Shown here piece by piece: positions 27,930 through 38,619 of a stretch of 60,184 nt of DNA. Below the pieces are notes generated by a model that ran no database searches, was not told the origin of the DNA, and saw only the letters and a list, made by a program, of their open reading frames with translations. The DNA is from Bacteroidales bacterium (GTDB taxonomy: Bacteria > Bacteroidota > Bacteroidia > Bacteroidales > VadinHA17). Position 1 is the first letter of the stretch; each line of letters starts with the position of its first letter. The stretch is from the NCBI GenBank assembly GCA_019429325.1, contig JAHYJA010000001.1, positions 1-60,184 of the forward strand. The letters are read 5' to 3'. The translations under genes and the position numbers were made by a program.

Positions 27930-30617
27930 ATGAAATCTTTTATCCTTTTACTTATCCTCTTCATCCGTTTTTCACCCCTGGCAGATGCACAGGTGATCAG
28001 GGGGAAGGTCACCAGCACCTCCGGCGAACCTGTCCCCTATGCAACAATCTATATACAGGAACTGAAACAGGGAACAACAGCGAACACAAGGGGGGATTAC
28101 GAGATCAGACTGCCTCCTGGAAAATACATGCTTATTTGCCAGAGTCTTGGCTTTGAGCCGCTGTTCGCAGAGATCCTCCTGGCAGATAAGGATATCGCGA
28201 GGGATTTTGTTCTCCCCGAACAATACTATGAAATACCGGAAGTGCGGATAACTGCCTCGGGTGAAGATCCTGCCTATGTTATAATGAGAAAGGCCATCGG
28301 TCTGGCTCCCTATTATCTGAATCAGATAAGCCACTATAAAGCAGATGTTTACCTCAAGGGCAACCTTGTAATCGGCAGGATCCCGAAAATAATGGAGAGA
28401 GCTATCAGAATGGAAGCCCGCAGCAGCTCGGGAGGATCCTCAGTCAGCAGCAGCAGGATGAAAGAAGGGGATTCATTTTTTATGGAATCATTCAACGAGA
28501 TAGAGTTTACGGCTCCGGATAAATATGTTCAGAAAGTGATCTCTTACAACAGCACCTTCCCCGATGAAGGGAACGAGATATCACCGATGGATTTCATTCA
28601 GGCAAGCCTCTATCAGCCTCTCATTGCGGATCTTGCGATCTCCCCCCTCTCCCCCGATGCATTCTCGCATTACAATTTCAGATACATGGGTTCTTCACCT
28701 CAGGGCAACTACGTTATAAACAAGATCGGGGTAAGGCCCAAAAGGAAAAGTCAGCAACTCTTTTCAGGAACAATTTTCATTATCGAGGACCTCTGGTGCC
28801 TTCACAGCATTGACCTCACAAACGAGAACATAGTCGGAAAGATAAGACTGCAACAGTTGTTTATACCTGTACAGGAGGAGGTCTGGATGCCGGTAAGCCA
28901 TACTTTCGACGTGGATATCTCCATAATAGGGTTCAGGGCTGTCGCAGGCTATGGAAGTTCAGTCAGGTACAACGAGGTTATTCCGAACACCTCCCTCGCC
29001 AGACCCTCTTCCCTGACCACTGATTTCAGAATGAGGAACATTGACACCGACACCATCGGATCCGGATCGAGGCAGCAGATTGAGAAGATACTTCAGAAAG
29101 AAGAGCTTACAAACCGCGACATGGCAAGACTCTCGAGGCTGATGACGAAGGAATCTGAAAGGAGTGTCAGCGACAGCACCAGGAATAGTCTCGAGGTCAG
29201 GGACAGGACAACATATGTTATTCGGGATGGCGCTGCTGCGAAAGACAGTGCCTGGTGGGCCGGGGTCCGTCCCGTTCCCCTGTCTGATATTGAAAAACGA
29301 AGCCTGAGGGTGGCCGACAGCACAAAGGCCCTACTCAGGAGAGCCGGAGAATCAAAAACGGATACAGTCCCTGAAACTGAGTCGCGGAAAAAAAACAAAA
29401 CAATTACTGCAGTAAAGAATATTGCCTTCGGTCACACCTGGACTGACTCAAAAGGATTCAGGTTCATGGCGGGTGGTCTTATCGACCTTAAAAAACTATC
29501 TTTCAACACTGTCGACGGATTTGTTTATGGCACTGATTTCAGGTTCTCGAAGGCCTGGAAGGAGAAGGGGACACTGTCGCTCTATCCCGATTTTCGCCGG
29601 GCTTTCAGCCGCCAGTCCCTGATGTGGCGTGTCAACACCAATTACAGCTTCAGCGGGATGAAGCAACGACAGATCTTCATCAGGACAGGCGTTACCAGCA
29701 AGGATCTTAACAGCAACGGAGGAATAAATCCGTTTCTGAACGCCGAGGCATCGCTGCTTGTGAAAAGTAATTACCTCAAGCTGTATGAGAGCAGGTATAT
29801 TCTGGGCGGGTACAGCAGTGAGATCGCCAACGGACTTAATATTGAACTGACAGCAGGCTATGAGGACCGCAGGGTGTTGGAAAACACCACCAGCTTCGCT
29901 CTTTTCGGTTCCTCACGAGAATATACAGCCAATGTTCCTGTAAATGAGTTCCTCGATCCCCCGGTCACTTCCTATGTTTCGCTGAGGGATCAGAGACACG
30001 GGGATTTCGCAGTAAGCTTGCAGTATACTCCATATCAGAGATACAGGATCGCAGGAGGTAACAAGATACCTGCCGGTTCAGACTGGCCTACCTTCAGGCT
30101 GACCTGGAAGCATGGAATAAACGAGTTTTCGGATCTGTCAGATGATCTCCTGCACTACGATATGTTCAGGTTCGAAGTGTCGAAGAGGCGCAACATCGGT
30201 GCATTCAGCGAATTTGTCTGGAGGCTTAGGACAGGAGCATTCGCCAATAATACAACCCTTCCCTGGTACGATTTCTTCCACTTCAATACGCAGCCCTTAC
30301 CCTTTCTTATAGACAATTATGAAGATGCGTTCAGGCTGCCGGATTACTATTCCTTAAGCACCTCCGAACTTTTCGGTGAGTTCCACCTGAAATATACCAC
30401 ACCCTACCTGCTTCTTAAATTGCTTCCGGGGCTCAGCAACACTCTTATGCGCGAGAACCTCACACTGTCGTGGCTCGGATCGCGGTATCACAGCCACTAC
30501 ACGGAGATAGGTTACACACTGAGCGAGATATTCCTGCTTGGAGAGGCGGGCATCTGGGCCGGATTTGACAACCTCAGGTACAGGAGCCTTGGCTTTAAGA
30601 TAATACTGCGTCTCTGA
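27930..30617 (+). CDS. CarboxypepD_reg-like domain protein with a large C-terminal DUF5686-type region
   Basis: A signal peptide is followed by IRGKVTSTSGEPVPYATIYIQELKQGTTANTRGDYEI (carboxypeptidase regulatory-like fold). 895 aa. The C-terminal strand pattern suggests an outer-membrane location. Confidence 0.55.
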   Translation: MKSFILLLILFIRFSPLADAQVIRGKVTSTSGEPVPYATIYIQELKQGTTANTRGDYEIRLPPGKYMLICQSLGFEPLFAEILLADKDIARDFVLPEQYYEIPEVRITASGEDPAYVIMRKAIGLAPYYLNQISHYKADVYLKGNLVIGRIPKIMERAIRMEARSSSGGSSVSSSRMKEGDSFFMESFNEIEFTAPDKYVQKVISYNSTFPDEGNEISPMDFIQASLYQPLIADLAISPLSPDAFSHYNFRYMGSSPQGNYVINKIGVRPKRKSQQLFSGTIFIIEDLWCLHSIDLTNENIVGKIRLQQLFIPVQEEVWMPVSHTFDVDISIIGFRAVAGYGSSVRYNEVIPNTSLARPSSLTTDFRMRNIDTDTIGSGSRQQIEKILQKEELTNRDMARLSRLMTKESERSVSDSTRNSLEVRDRTTYVIRDGAAAKDSAWWAGVRPVPLSDIEKRSLRVADSTKALLRRAGESKTDTVPETESRKKNKTITAVKNIAFGHTWTDSKGFRFMAGGLIDLKKLSFNTVDGFVYGTDFRFSKAWKEKGTLSLYPDFRRAFSRQSLMWRVNTNYSFSGMKQRQIFIRTGVTSKDLNSNGGINPFLNAEASLLVKSNYLKLYESRYILGGYSSEIANGLNIELTAGYEDRRVLENTTSFALFGSSREYTANVPVNEFLDPPVTSYVSLRDQRHGDFAVSLQYTPYQRYRIAGGNKIPAGSDWPTFRLTWKHGINEFSDLSDDLLHYDMFRFEVSKRRNIGAFSEFVWRLRTGAFANNTTLPWYDFFHFNTQPLPFLIDNYEDAFRLPDYYSLSTSELFGEFHLKYTTPYLLLKLLPGLSNTLMRENLTLSWLGSRYHSHYTEIGYTLSEIFLLGEAGIWAGFDNLRYRSLGFKIILRL

Positions 30618-30629
30618 AACCACCCCTTA

Positions 30630-32153
30630 TCATGCAAACGGGGGCTCATCGCTCAGATCATTTTCATTGTCGAATCCGCCGCCCAGCCTTCTCATGTTGT
30701 CGTGATTCATTTTTGAACCAAGGGTTATGCTCTGTGCACTTTCCCTGAACTCAGCATCAGTATCGATCTCAAAATCGTCAATATCCACGAACTGGGCCTT
30801 TTCTTCGCGAAATCTCAGTCTGACATCATCAACGGGGCCGTTACGGTTTTTCGCCAGGATGATCTCGGCTATCCCCTTGGTGGAGGAGCCATCCTCAAAT
30901 GCCGGTATTCCGAATTTATCCTGGCGGTGAATAAATACAACCATGTCAGCATCCTGCTCGATGGCGCCTGATTCCCTGAGGTCGGAAAGGAGGGGCCTCT
31001 TGGTGCCGCCTCTCATCTCCACCGATCTGTTCAGCTGCGAGAGAGCAAGAATGGGAACATTCAGCTCCTTGGCGATGCTTTTCAGCGAACGTGATATGTT
31101 GCTTACCTCCTGCTCCCGGCTGCCTGCATTCTCGGGCCCCGACATAAGCTGAAGGTAGTCAACAATGACTATGTCAAGCTTATGCTGGGCAACCAGGCGC
31201 CGGCATTTCGCACGCAGCTCGAAGATCGAGATTGCCGGCGTATCATCGATGAAAACAGGTGCCTGTACCAGCTTCTTGATCCTGGAATCAAGTTGCTTCC
31301 ACTCCTCCTCCGACAGACGGCCATTCTTAATCTTATCTCCGGGTATGTCTGTCTCAGCTATTATAAGCCTGTTTACCAGCTGGATGGAAGACATCTCGCA
31401 CGAGAATATGGCCACCTTTTTACCATGATCGATCGCCATATTACGCGCCATGGATAGTGCAAATGCCGTTTTACCCATCGACGGTCGGGCAGCAATAATG
31501 ATAAGTTCCGATTTCTGCCAGCCCGATGTAAGACGGTCGAGCTTCGTAAAGCCGGAAGGGATCCCTACAAGAGCATCCTCCCTCTTCCCCGCTTCCTCAA
31601 TCTCCCTGATCGCTTCCTTAAGCACTACATTTATCGGGGATACCTCCCTCTTTATATTGCCCTCGGCAATCTGGAAAAGAGCATTCTCGGAATAATCGAG
31701 TAACTCGGTCACATCGTATGTGTCATCAAAAGAGCGGTTCTGTATTTCAGTAGCTACCCTGATAAGCTCCCTCTGAATGTATTTCTGTGCAACGATCCTC
31801 GCATGATAATCGACGTTTGCGGCCGATACCACTTTCGAAGTAAGCTGAGTCAGGTAAACGGGGCCCCCGACGCTGTCGAGCTCGTTATGAGCCCTCAGCT
31901 CCTCCGTTACGGTGTACAGGTCAACAGGATATTCCCTCGAAGAAAGATCTGAAACAATCTTGAATATTTTCTGATGAGCCTCCTTGTAAAAACTCTCCGG
32001 ACGAAGAATGTCCAGAATTGTAATCACGGCCTCTTTTTCCAGCATAATTGCCCCGAGAACCGCCTCTTCCATATCAATGGCCTGAGGCGGCACTTTGCCA
32101 AAATCAGGAAGAGCTGCAACTACGGGCCTTGCACTTGTTCGTTGTTTTGCCAT
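30630..32153 (-). CDS. dnaB: Replicative DNA helicase
   Basis: N-terminal PPQAIDMEEAVLGAIML, Walker A ARPSMGKTAFAL, Walker B IVIVDYLQLM and LSQLNR. 507 aa, no intein. Confidence 0.95.
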   Translation of the reverse strand: MAKQRTSARPVVAALPDFGKVPPQAIDMEEAVLGAIMLEKEAVITILDILRPESFYKEAHQKIFKIVSDLSSREYPVDLYTVTEELRAHNELDSVGGPVYLTQLTSKVVSAANVDYHARIVAQKYIQRELIRVATEIQNRSFDDTYDVTELLDYSENALFQIAEGNIKREVSPINVVLKEAIREIEEAGKREDALVGIPSGFTKLDRLTSGWQKSELIIIAARPSMGKTAFALSMARNMAIDHGKKVAIFSCEMSSIQLVNRLIIAETDIPGDKIKNGRLSEEEWKQLDSRIKKLVQAPVFIDDTPAISIFELRAKCRRLVAQHKLDIVIVDYLQLMSGPENAGSREQEVSNISRSLKSIAKELNVPILALSQLNRSVEMRGGTKRPLLSDLRESGAIEQDADMVVFIHRQDKFGIPAFEDGSSTKGIAEIILAKNRNGPVDDVRLRFREEKAQFVDIDDFEIDTDAEFRESAQSITLGSKMNHDNMRRLGGGFDNENDLSDEPPFA

Positions 32154-32213
32154 TAAGCTTATATCGCTGATTTAATAATGATTAGGAGATAAAAGATTGC
32201 TTACTCAGCATCT

Positions 32214-32221
32214 TCAAAGGT
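32214..32221 (-). promoter_or_regulatory. Bacteroidota -7 promoter box
   Basis: CAAAGGTA lies 61 nt upstream of the dnaB start. Confidence 0.4.
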
Positions 32222-32339
32222 ATGAATAACAATATGCAATAATCAGACAGGTGTTCATTTATTACAAACAAATTAATGTTTAAAACTTGTTGAAAAACTG
32301 AAAAAACGGAATATTGGATTTTTATTCGAAACCATTAGG

Positions 32340-32347
32340 TATTTTTG
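32340..32347 (+). promoter_or_regulatory. Bacteroidota -7 promoter box
   Basis: TATTTTTG lies immediately before the first ATG (32349), which favours the second ATG (32364) as the ispE start. Confidence 0.4.
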
Positions 32348-32363
32348 CATGAAACGGCTTAAG

Positions 32364-33182
32364 ATGGTTAGTTTTCCGAAAGCTAAGATAAATATCGGGT
32401 TGCGGGTAAGGGCAAAACGCAGGGACGGATTTCATGATATTGAAACAATATTTTATCCGGTTCCTCTCTGTGACGCACTCGAAATTGTTGAGGCAGACGA
32501 TCCATCATCAGGCGACAGTATTACAGTTACGGGGCTCAATACGGGGGGCAGACCTGAAGATAACCTGGTAATCACGGCAATAAAGACTCTGAGGAAGGAG
32601 TACCCCATCCCGGCCCTGAAGATCCATCTGCACAAGGCTGTTCCGGCCGGGGCAGGACTTGGAGGGGGTTCCTCAGATTCGGCCTTCACTCTTTCTTTGC
32701 TTAACAGGCAATACGGGCTCGCCCTTGAGGCAAGTGAACTCCGGAAATTTGCACTTGAGACCGGAAGTGACTCTCCATTTTTTATTGATCCTGTACCCTC
32801 CTGGGCCACAGGAAGAGGAGAAGTGCTGAATCCTGTTGATCCTCTTGCTGATGGCTTCCACCTGCTTCTTGTTAACCCCGGCATAAGGATAAACACCAGG
32901 GAGGCTTACGCCCATTGTACACCCCGGACTCCGGACATAACGCTTAACGAGCTCTACAGCCAGCCGGTCGCGGAATGGAAAAACCTGATTTATAACGATT
33001 TTGAAGAAAATATTTTCAGGCAGTATCCGGTGATAGCCGGCATTAAAAGAAAACTGTACGAATCGGGAGCAATATTCAGCTCAATGTCGGGCAGCGGCTC
33101 AACAGTTTACGGTATCTACTCAGGTAAGCCGGCAGTTCCGGAGGAAATAAAACCCTGGGTGATCTGCAAAGGATTGTTATAA
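32364..33182 (+). CDS. ispE: 4-diphosphocytidyl-2-C-methyl-D-erythritol kinase
   Basis: N-terminal FPKAKINIGL and GHMP kinase motif PAGAGLGGGSSD. The alternative upstream ATG is at 32349. Confidence 0.85.
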   Translation: MVSFPKAKINIGLRVRAKRRDGFHDIETIFYPVPLCDALEIVEADDPSSGDSITVTGLNTGGRPEDNLVITAIKTLRKEYPIPALKIHLHKAVPAGAGLGGGSSDSAFTLSLLNRQYGLALEASELRKFALETGSDSPFFIDPVPSWATGRGEVLNPVDPLADGFHLLLVNPGIRINTREAYAHCTPRTPDITLNELYSQPVAEWKNLIYNDFEENIFRQYPVIAGIKRKLYESGAIFSSMSGSGSTVYGIYSGKPAVPEEIKPWVICKGLL

Positions 33183-33184
33183 TC

Positions 33185-33502
33185 TCACTCCATCTCCAGC
33201 AAAAGGGTTCCCTTCGATACCTTGTCCCCCTTTTTTACTGCAATGCTCTTTATCCGTGCATCGGTACTGCAGATAAGGACGTTCTGCATTTTCATGGCAT
33301 CGAGTATCATCAGTTTCTCTCCCTTACTGACATCCTGCCCGACTTTTACCATGATGTCGAGGATGGTACCCGGTATAAAGCTCCTGATGATTTTCGGATC
33401 AGCAGGCTTGTAGGGCTTACGACTGGCAAATCTTTTGCTTATCCTTGTTTTGTACAGAGTTGTATCGATATTAAGTACGCCCAGTTCTTTATGCTCTTTC
33501 AT
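33185..33502 (-). CDS. Biotin carboxyl-carrier (biotinyl domain) protein
   Basis: Biotinylation motif LDAMKMQN in a ~70-aa C-terminal biotinyl/lipoyl fold. It lies directly downstream of the carboxyltransferase gene. Confidence 0.8.
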   Translation of the reverse strand: MKEHKELGVLNIDTTLYKTRISKRFASRKPYKPADPKIIRSFIPGTILDIMVKVGQDVSKGEKLMILDAMKMQNVLICSTDARIKSIAVKKGDKVSKGTLLLEME

Positions 33503-33536
33503 AATCTGTCTTCTGATATGGAACCACCCGAATTGA

Positions 33537-35081
33537 TCAGAACGGAGGTAGACCGTGCTTCTTATTAGGCATTACAACATCTTTGTTTTCAGATATTTCA
33601 ATCCCGTGCAACAGCAGTCGTCTTGTTTCGCCCGGCACAATCACGGCATCTATATATCCCCTGGAAGCGGCAACGTAAGGATTGGCGAACTTTGCTTTGT
33701 ATTCTTCGACTTTCTGTTTTCTCATACCGTCAGGATCGTCAGAGGACATTATCTCTTTTCTGAATATAATATTTGCGGCTCCCTCAGGTCCCATAACAGC
33801 TATTTCAGCAGTCGGCCAGGCAAAGACAAAATCAGCCCGGAGGTGTCGTGAGCCCATTGCTATGTATCCGCCACCGTATGCTTTCCTGAGAATAACAGTC
33901 AGTTTCGGGACCGTGGCTTCGCTGTAGGCATAGAGTACTTTTGCACCGTGCCTGATCACCCCTGCATGCTCCTGGTCAACTCCCGGGAGGTACCCCGGCA
34001 GGTCAACGAGCGATATGATGGGTATATTGAACGAGTCGCAGTACCTGATAAACCTGGCTGCCTTGTCAGATGAATCGACATCAAGAACCCCGGCCATCTC
34101 AAGTGGCTGGTTGGCGACAAAACCCGTTGTCCTTCCTCCCATTCTGCCAAAACCGATCACCATGTTCTTTGCATAGTGTTCCATTATCTCAAAAAAGTCG
34201 GATCTGTCGATTATCGCCCGTATCACATCCCTCACATCGTACGGAAGGGTCGGGTTGTCCGGAACAATTTTGTCAATATTGTATTGCGGGTCCGGTTCTC
34301 CGGGTTCAAAGCTTCTTGCTTTGCGGCTGTTGTTCCACGGGATAAAGGTGATAAGCCTTTTTATCTGCTCGAAGCACTCTTCCTCGGTTGCGGCAAAAAA
34401 ATGAGCATTTCCTGTAATCTCGCTGTGAACCCTCGCCCCGCCAAGATCCTCCATCGAGATCTCTTCGCCAAGGACGGTTTTGATAACTTCGGGACCCGTG
34501 ATGAACATCTTGGATATGTTGTCCACAACAAAGACGAAATCTGTCAGAGCCGGTGAATAGACTGCTCCGCCTGCGCAGGGGCCCAGAATCACCGAGATCT
34601 GGGGGATGACCCCGCTGGAGATGGTGTTCCTGAAGAATATCTCCCCATACCCGGCCAGCGAATTGACCCCTTCCTGGATTCTTGCTCCTCCTGAATCGTT
34701 GATCCCGATAAGCGGAATCTTCATCTTCAGAGCATGATCCATTATCTTGGTGATCTTCCTCGAATGCATCAGGCCGAGCGAGCCTCCGGCAACTGTAAAA
34801 TCCTGTGCGTAAACAGCTATGGGAGCTCCGTAAATGGTCCCGGTGCCAATTACAACACCATCGCTTGGAAGCGATTTCTTGTCCATGTCAAAATCGCGGG
34901 CATCATGCTCGACAAAAAGATCATACTCACTAAAGGTGTTGTGATCGAGAAGGGCCATGATCCGCTCCCGGGCAGTGCGTTTCCCTAAAGCCTTCTGCTT
35001 CTCAATAGCCTGTTCACCCCCGCCGAGTAAAACCTTATCACGTTTCTCCTGCAATTCGCGGATCTTCTTTTCAAGTGGCAT
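33537..35081 (-). CDS. Acyl-CoA carboxyltransferase (methylmalonyl-CoA decarboxylase alpha / propionyl-CoA carboxylase beta type)
   Basis: 514 aa with two crotonase-like halves and family motifs GGARIQEG, GPCAGGAVYSPALTDF and AYGGGY. Confidence 0.85.
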   Translation of the reverse strand: MPLEKKIRELQEKRDKVLLGGGEQAIEKQKALGKRTARERIMALLDHNTFSEYDLFVEHDARDFDMDKKSLPSDGVVIGTGTIYGAPIAVYAQDFTVAGGSLGLMHSRKITKIMDHALKMKIPLIGINDSGGARIQEGVNSLAGYGEIFFRNTISSGVIPQISVILGPCAGGAVYSPALTDFVFVVDNISKMFITGPEVIKTVLGEEISMEDLGGARVHSEITGNAHFFAATEEECFEQIKRLITFIPWNNSRKARSFEPGEPDPQYNIDKIVPDNPTLPYDVRDVIRAIIDRSDFFEIMEHYAKNMVIGFGRMGGRTTGFVANQPLEMAGVLDVDSSDKAARFIRYCDSFNIPIISLVDLPGYLPGVDQEHAGVIRHGAKVLYAYSEATVPKLTVILRKAYGGGYIAMGSRHLRADFVFAWPTAEIAVMGPEGAANIIFRKEIMSSDDPDGMRKQKVEEYKAKFANPYVAASRGYIDAVIVPGETRRLLLHGIEISENKDVVMPNKKHGLPPF

Positions 35082-35175
35082 AACTCTTTTTATTTGTTTG
35101 TTTCCTCAGGACCAAAGAATTGAGATATGGTAAAACCAGGTGGCAAGTTTAATGAAATTGAATGATTAAAAAAAA

Positions 35176-36312
35176 CTATTTTGGCGCTAATCGGTATAAT
35201 ACCAGTGCAACAACCGCGTAGATAATATTTGGCAGCCACATGGCCAGCATCGGATCAAGGTTCCCTTTCAGGGAAAATTGCGATGAAAACTGCATGAAAA
35301 GGATATATGTAAAACTCAGACCGAGTCCTATCCCGATATTCATCCCGATTCCTCCCCTTACTTTACGTGAAGAGAGCGAGACCCCTATCAGTGTCAGTAT
35401 AAATACAGCGAACGGACTTGAGAAGCGCCGGTGCTTCTCGATAAGGAAAAGCTTTATCTCATCAGAGCCCTGGAGCCTCAGAAGGCTGATATAACTGCGG
35501 AGATCATTATAGGTCATGGTGTGAACAAAATCCGGGTCCCTCGACAGATCATCCGGTCTTATCGTCAGGGTCGTATCGGTCTGCATGCCTCTGGTTATTA
35601 CCTCCCCTTCACTGCTTATCTCCCTTATATAATAATTACCAACCGTCCATCTCTGCGTCGCAGTATCCCACCTTACCCACATCGATGATAGTTTGGACCG
35701 GAGCATCCCGTCATCATCAAACTTCTCAATAGTGAAATTACGTCCCGACATGCTTAAAGGATTGAACGACTCCATGTAAATATAAATGTTCCTGTATACC
35801 TGCCGGTGAACATTCATCACCTGCACCCGGCGGCTGGTACGCCTGTAATACTTATCCTCAAAATTCATCCTCTTCATGTTCGCATCCGGAATAACAAAAT
35901 TTGTAAGGAGGTAAATGAAGATCGCAATTACAAGCGCTGAGAGGAAATAGGGCCACATCATCCTCCTGTAGCTCATTCCGCTGTTGAGTATGGCAATTAT
36001 TTCAGTATTAACCGACATTTTCGAGGTAAAGAAGATGACGGAGATAAACACGAACAGCGGAGCGAAAAGGGTGGCGAAGAAGGGTATGAAGTTCATGTAG
36101 TAGTCAAGAATGATGGCCTTTACCGGGGCCTCTTTCTCCATGAAATTGTCGATCTTCTCCGCGAAGTCGAAGACTACGGCAATCGTGAGGATCAGTATCA
36201 GGCTGAAGACAAACGTACCAAGGAACTTCCTGATAATGTACAGATCGATTATCCTTATCCGTAAACCCCCTAAAGTCTCTCTGAGACTCTTCTTACTGTA
36301 GATTCTTTCCAT
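35176..36312 (-). CDS. LptF/LptG family lipopolysaccharide export permease
   Basis: It has the YjgP/YjgQ architecture: three N-terminal TM helices, a ~130-aa periplasmic beta-jellyroll and three C-terminal TM helices. IDLYIIRKFLGTF is the typical N-terminus. The annotated start overlaps tgt by 43 nt and may be too long. Confidence 0.8.
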   Translation of the reverse strand: MERIYSKKSLRETLGGLRIRIIDLYIIRKFLGTFVFSLILILTIAVVFDFAEKIDNFMEKEAPVKAIILDYYMNFIPFFATLFAPLFVFISVIFFTSKMSVNTEIIAILNSGMSYRRMMWPYFLSALVIAIFIYLLTNFVIPDANMKRMNFEDKYYRRTSRRVQVMNVHRQVYRNIYIYMESFNPLSMSGRNFTIEKFDDDGMLRSKLSSMWVRWDTATQRWTVGNYYIREISSEGEVITRGMQTDTTLTIRPDDLSRDPDFVHTMTYNDLRSYISLLRLQGSDEIKLFLIEKHRRFSSPFAVFILTLIGVSLSSRKVRGGIGMNIGIGLGLSFTYILFMQFSSQFSLKGNLDPMLAMWLPNIIYAVVALVLYRLAPK

Positions 36313-37397
36313 CTCTTGAAGTCACCTTCTATGATCCTTTTTCTTGCCTCTTCGACAAGGCGCAAATAAAATGCCAGGTTATGAATGCTTGCAATCTGGG
36401 CCCCGAGTATTTCCCCCGATATTACCAGATGCCGCAGATAAGCTTTGGAATAATACAGACTTACGGAAGAGGGCCCCTCAGGATCAATAGGACTGAAATC
36501 GGTAGTCCATTTCCTGTTCTTGATATTGATTATTCCCTCATGCGTAAAGAGCATTCCGTTCCGGCCGTTCCTTGTGGGCATCACACAATCGAACATATCT
36601 ATTCCCCGCTCGATTGATTCGAGTATGTTTGCCGGTGTACCCACTCCCATAAGGTATCTCGGCTTATCCCCGGGAAGTATCTCATTGACTGTTTCAATTA
36701 TCCTGTACATCTCTCCTGCAGGTTCTCCGACCGATAATCCGCCAATCGCGTTCCCTTCCATCCCCGCCTCTGCTATTACCTCAGCAGAGTGCCGTCTGAG
36801 ATCGTCAAATGTGCTGCCCTGCACAATGGGAAACAGATACTGCGCATTACCCCACAGGGAGTCTGTTTCGTCGTATCTTTTAACTGCCCTGCCGAGCCAG
36901 TGATGCGTCAGCCTCATCGACTTCTCAGCATATTTGTATTCGCATGGGAAAGGGGTGCACTCATCAAAAGCCATAATGATATCAGCACCGATAATGCGCT
37001 GAATATCAATTGTATTCTCCGGCGTGAAGATATGGCTTGAACCATCAATGTGCGATCTGAAATGTGCTCCTTCTTCAGTGAGCTTCCTGTTTTCCGACAG
37101 CGAAAAGACCTGGTATCCTCCGCTGTCGGTAAGTATTGGCCCCTTCCAGTTCATGAAAGGGTGGAGCCCGCCCGCTTCCCTCAGCACCGTGGTGCCCGGA
37201 CGGAGATAAAGATGGTAGGTGTTTCCCAGAATGATTCCGGCCCTGATATCCTCAGCAAGATCCTTCTGCAGTATCCCTTTCACCGTCCCTGATGTGCCTA
37301 CCGGCATGAATACCGGCGTCGGGATATCACCGTGAGATGTGTGCAGAAGGCCTGCACGCGCCATGGTATCTTTATCCCTGCTCTCTACTTTAAACAT
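36270..37397 (-). CDS. tgt: Queuine tRNA-ribosyltransferase
   Basis: FMPVGT, LTDSGGYQVFSL, GLSVGEP and the zinc-site region are present. 375 aa. Confidence 0.95.
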   Translation of the reverse strand: MFKVESRDKDTMARAGLLHTSHGDIPTPVFMPVGTSGTVKGILQKDLAEDIRAGIILGNTYHLYLRPGTTVLREAGGLHPFMNWKGPILTDSGGYQVFSLSENRKLTEEGAHFRSHIDGSSHIFTPENTIDIQRIIGADIIMAFDECTPFPCEYKYAEKSMRLTHHWLGRAVKRYDETDSLWGNAQYLFPIVQGSTFDDLRRHSAEVIAEAGMEGNAIGGLSVGEPAGEMYRIIETVNEILPGDKPRYLMGVGTPANILESIERGIDMFDCVMPTRNGRNGMLFTHEGIINIKNRKWTTDFSPIDPEGPSSVSLYYSKAYLRHLVISGEILGAQIASIHNLAFYLRLVEEARKRIIEGDFKRWKESTVRRVSERL

Positions 37398-37421
37398 CAG
37401 TTATGGTTAATTTTGGAAGCA

Positions 37422-37429
37422 CAAAGGTA
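37422..37429 (-). promoter_or_regulatory. Bacteroidota -7 promoter box
   Basis: CAAAGGTA lies 25 nt upstream of the tgt start. Confidence 0.45.
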
Positions 37430-37488
37430 GCTTATCCGTATTGCATTATAAAATTATTCATTAATATTGCCTGATATTTGGAAGTCAG

Positions 37489-38619
37489 ATGATACCCCCG
37501 GATAATATTTTCCTTTTTGTTGTTTTTCTGATTTTTAGTCTTTCAACAGCGATACAGCTATTCTACTATCTGTACTTCTATCTGGCAGCGGGCATTTACA
37601 AACATCCTGACTTACAGGGATCAGATGCTCCGGTCTCAGTGATTGTATGCGCAAGGAACGAGGCGGAGAACCTGAAAAAGTTCCTGCCTGCAATACTTGA
37701 ACAGGATTATCCCGATTATGAAGTTATTGTGGTAAACGACTGTTCAGAAGATGACTCCTTCAATATCCTGGGGAACTTCCTGGCTGAATACCCGCACCTT
37801 AAGGTTTCAACTGTACATAAGGACCCTAAATTTACCCACAGTAAGAAATTCGCCCAGTTCATCGGCATCAAGGCAGCGAAGAACGACCTTCTTCTTTTCA
37901 CCGATGCCGATTGCCAGCCTATGTCCGACAAATGGCTTGCCATGATGACATCGCACTTTGACGAAAAAACTGATTTTGTTCTTGGCTTCGGGGGATATCT
38001 GAAAGAAAAGGGATTGCTGAACAGATATATAAGGTACGACAGCATGTTTATTGCCATGCAGTATTTAGGAATGGCCATCCGCGGCATTCCCTATATGGGT
38101 GTCGGCCGGAACCTCGCATGGCGCAGGTCGCTCTTCTTCAGGAACAAGGGTTTTGGATCGCACAGCCACCTTATTTCAGGTGATGACGATCTGTTCGTCA
38201 ATAAGATAGCTACAAAGGAAAACACCTCTGTCGAATTCAGGAAGGGGGCTCATACAAGATCCGTACCTTCATCAGGGATCAGTGAATGGTTCAAACAGAA
38301 AAAGAGGCACATGACAACGGCACGCTACTACAAGTCCGGGAATAAATTCCTTCTTCTGATCGAGCCTGCTTCAAGGATCCTTTTCTATGCCTCCTTCATC
38401 CTGCTTCTCACGGATCTTTATCTTTGGCCCTATTTAGCCGCCGGTTTCGGTGCAAGGTTCGTTATTCAGGTTATTGTACTTTCGCTCGCGCAGAGAAAGC
38501 TAAATGAACCCGGAATGCTGCCATTCTCATTATTTTTTGATATCTTTTCGCCTTTTATTAACGGAATAGTTTATATAAGCAATTTCAGGAACAGACCGGG
38601 CACTAACTTATGGAAGTAA
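37489..38619 (+). CDS. Membrane-bound family-2 glycosyltransferase
   Basis: N-terminal TM helix, VSVIVCARNEAENL, the DAD motif in LLFTDADCQP, and C-terminal TM helices. Confidence 0.8.
   Translation: MIPPDNIFLFVVFLIFSLSTAIQLFYYLYFYLAAGIYKHPDLQGSDAPVSVIVCARNEAENLKKFLPAILEQDYPDYEVIVVNDCSEDDSFNILGNFLAEYPHLKVSTVHKDPKFTHSKKFAQFIGIKAAKNDLLLFTDADCQPMSDKWLAMMTSHFDEKTDFVLGFGGYLKEKGLLNRYIRYDSMFIAMQYLGMAIRGIPYMGVGRNLAWRRSLFFRNKGFGSHSHLISGDDDLFVNKIATKENTSVEFRKGAHTRSVPSSGISEWFKQKKRHMTTARYYKSGNKFLLLIEPASRILFYASFILLLTDLYLWPYLAAGFGARFVIQVIVLSLAQRKLNEPGMLPFSLFFDIFSPFINGIVYISNFRNRPGTNLWK

Noticed and set aside
36270-36312. 43-nt overlap between the tgt stop and the lptF/G-like start.
   Set aside because: It is most likely an over-extended start call, with a non-ATG start further downstream. 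There is no evidence of a frameshift or fusion.
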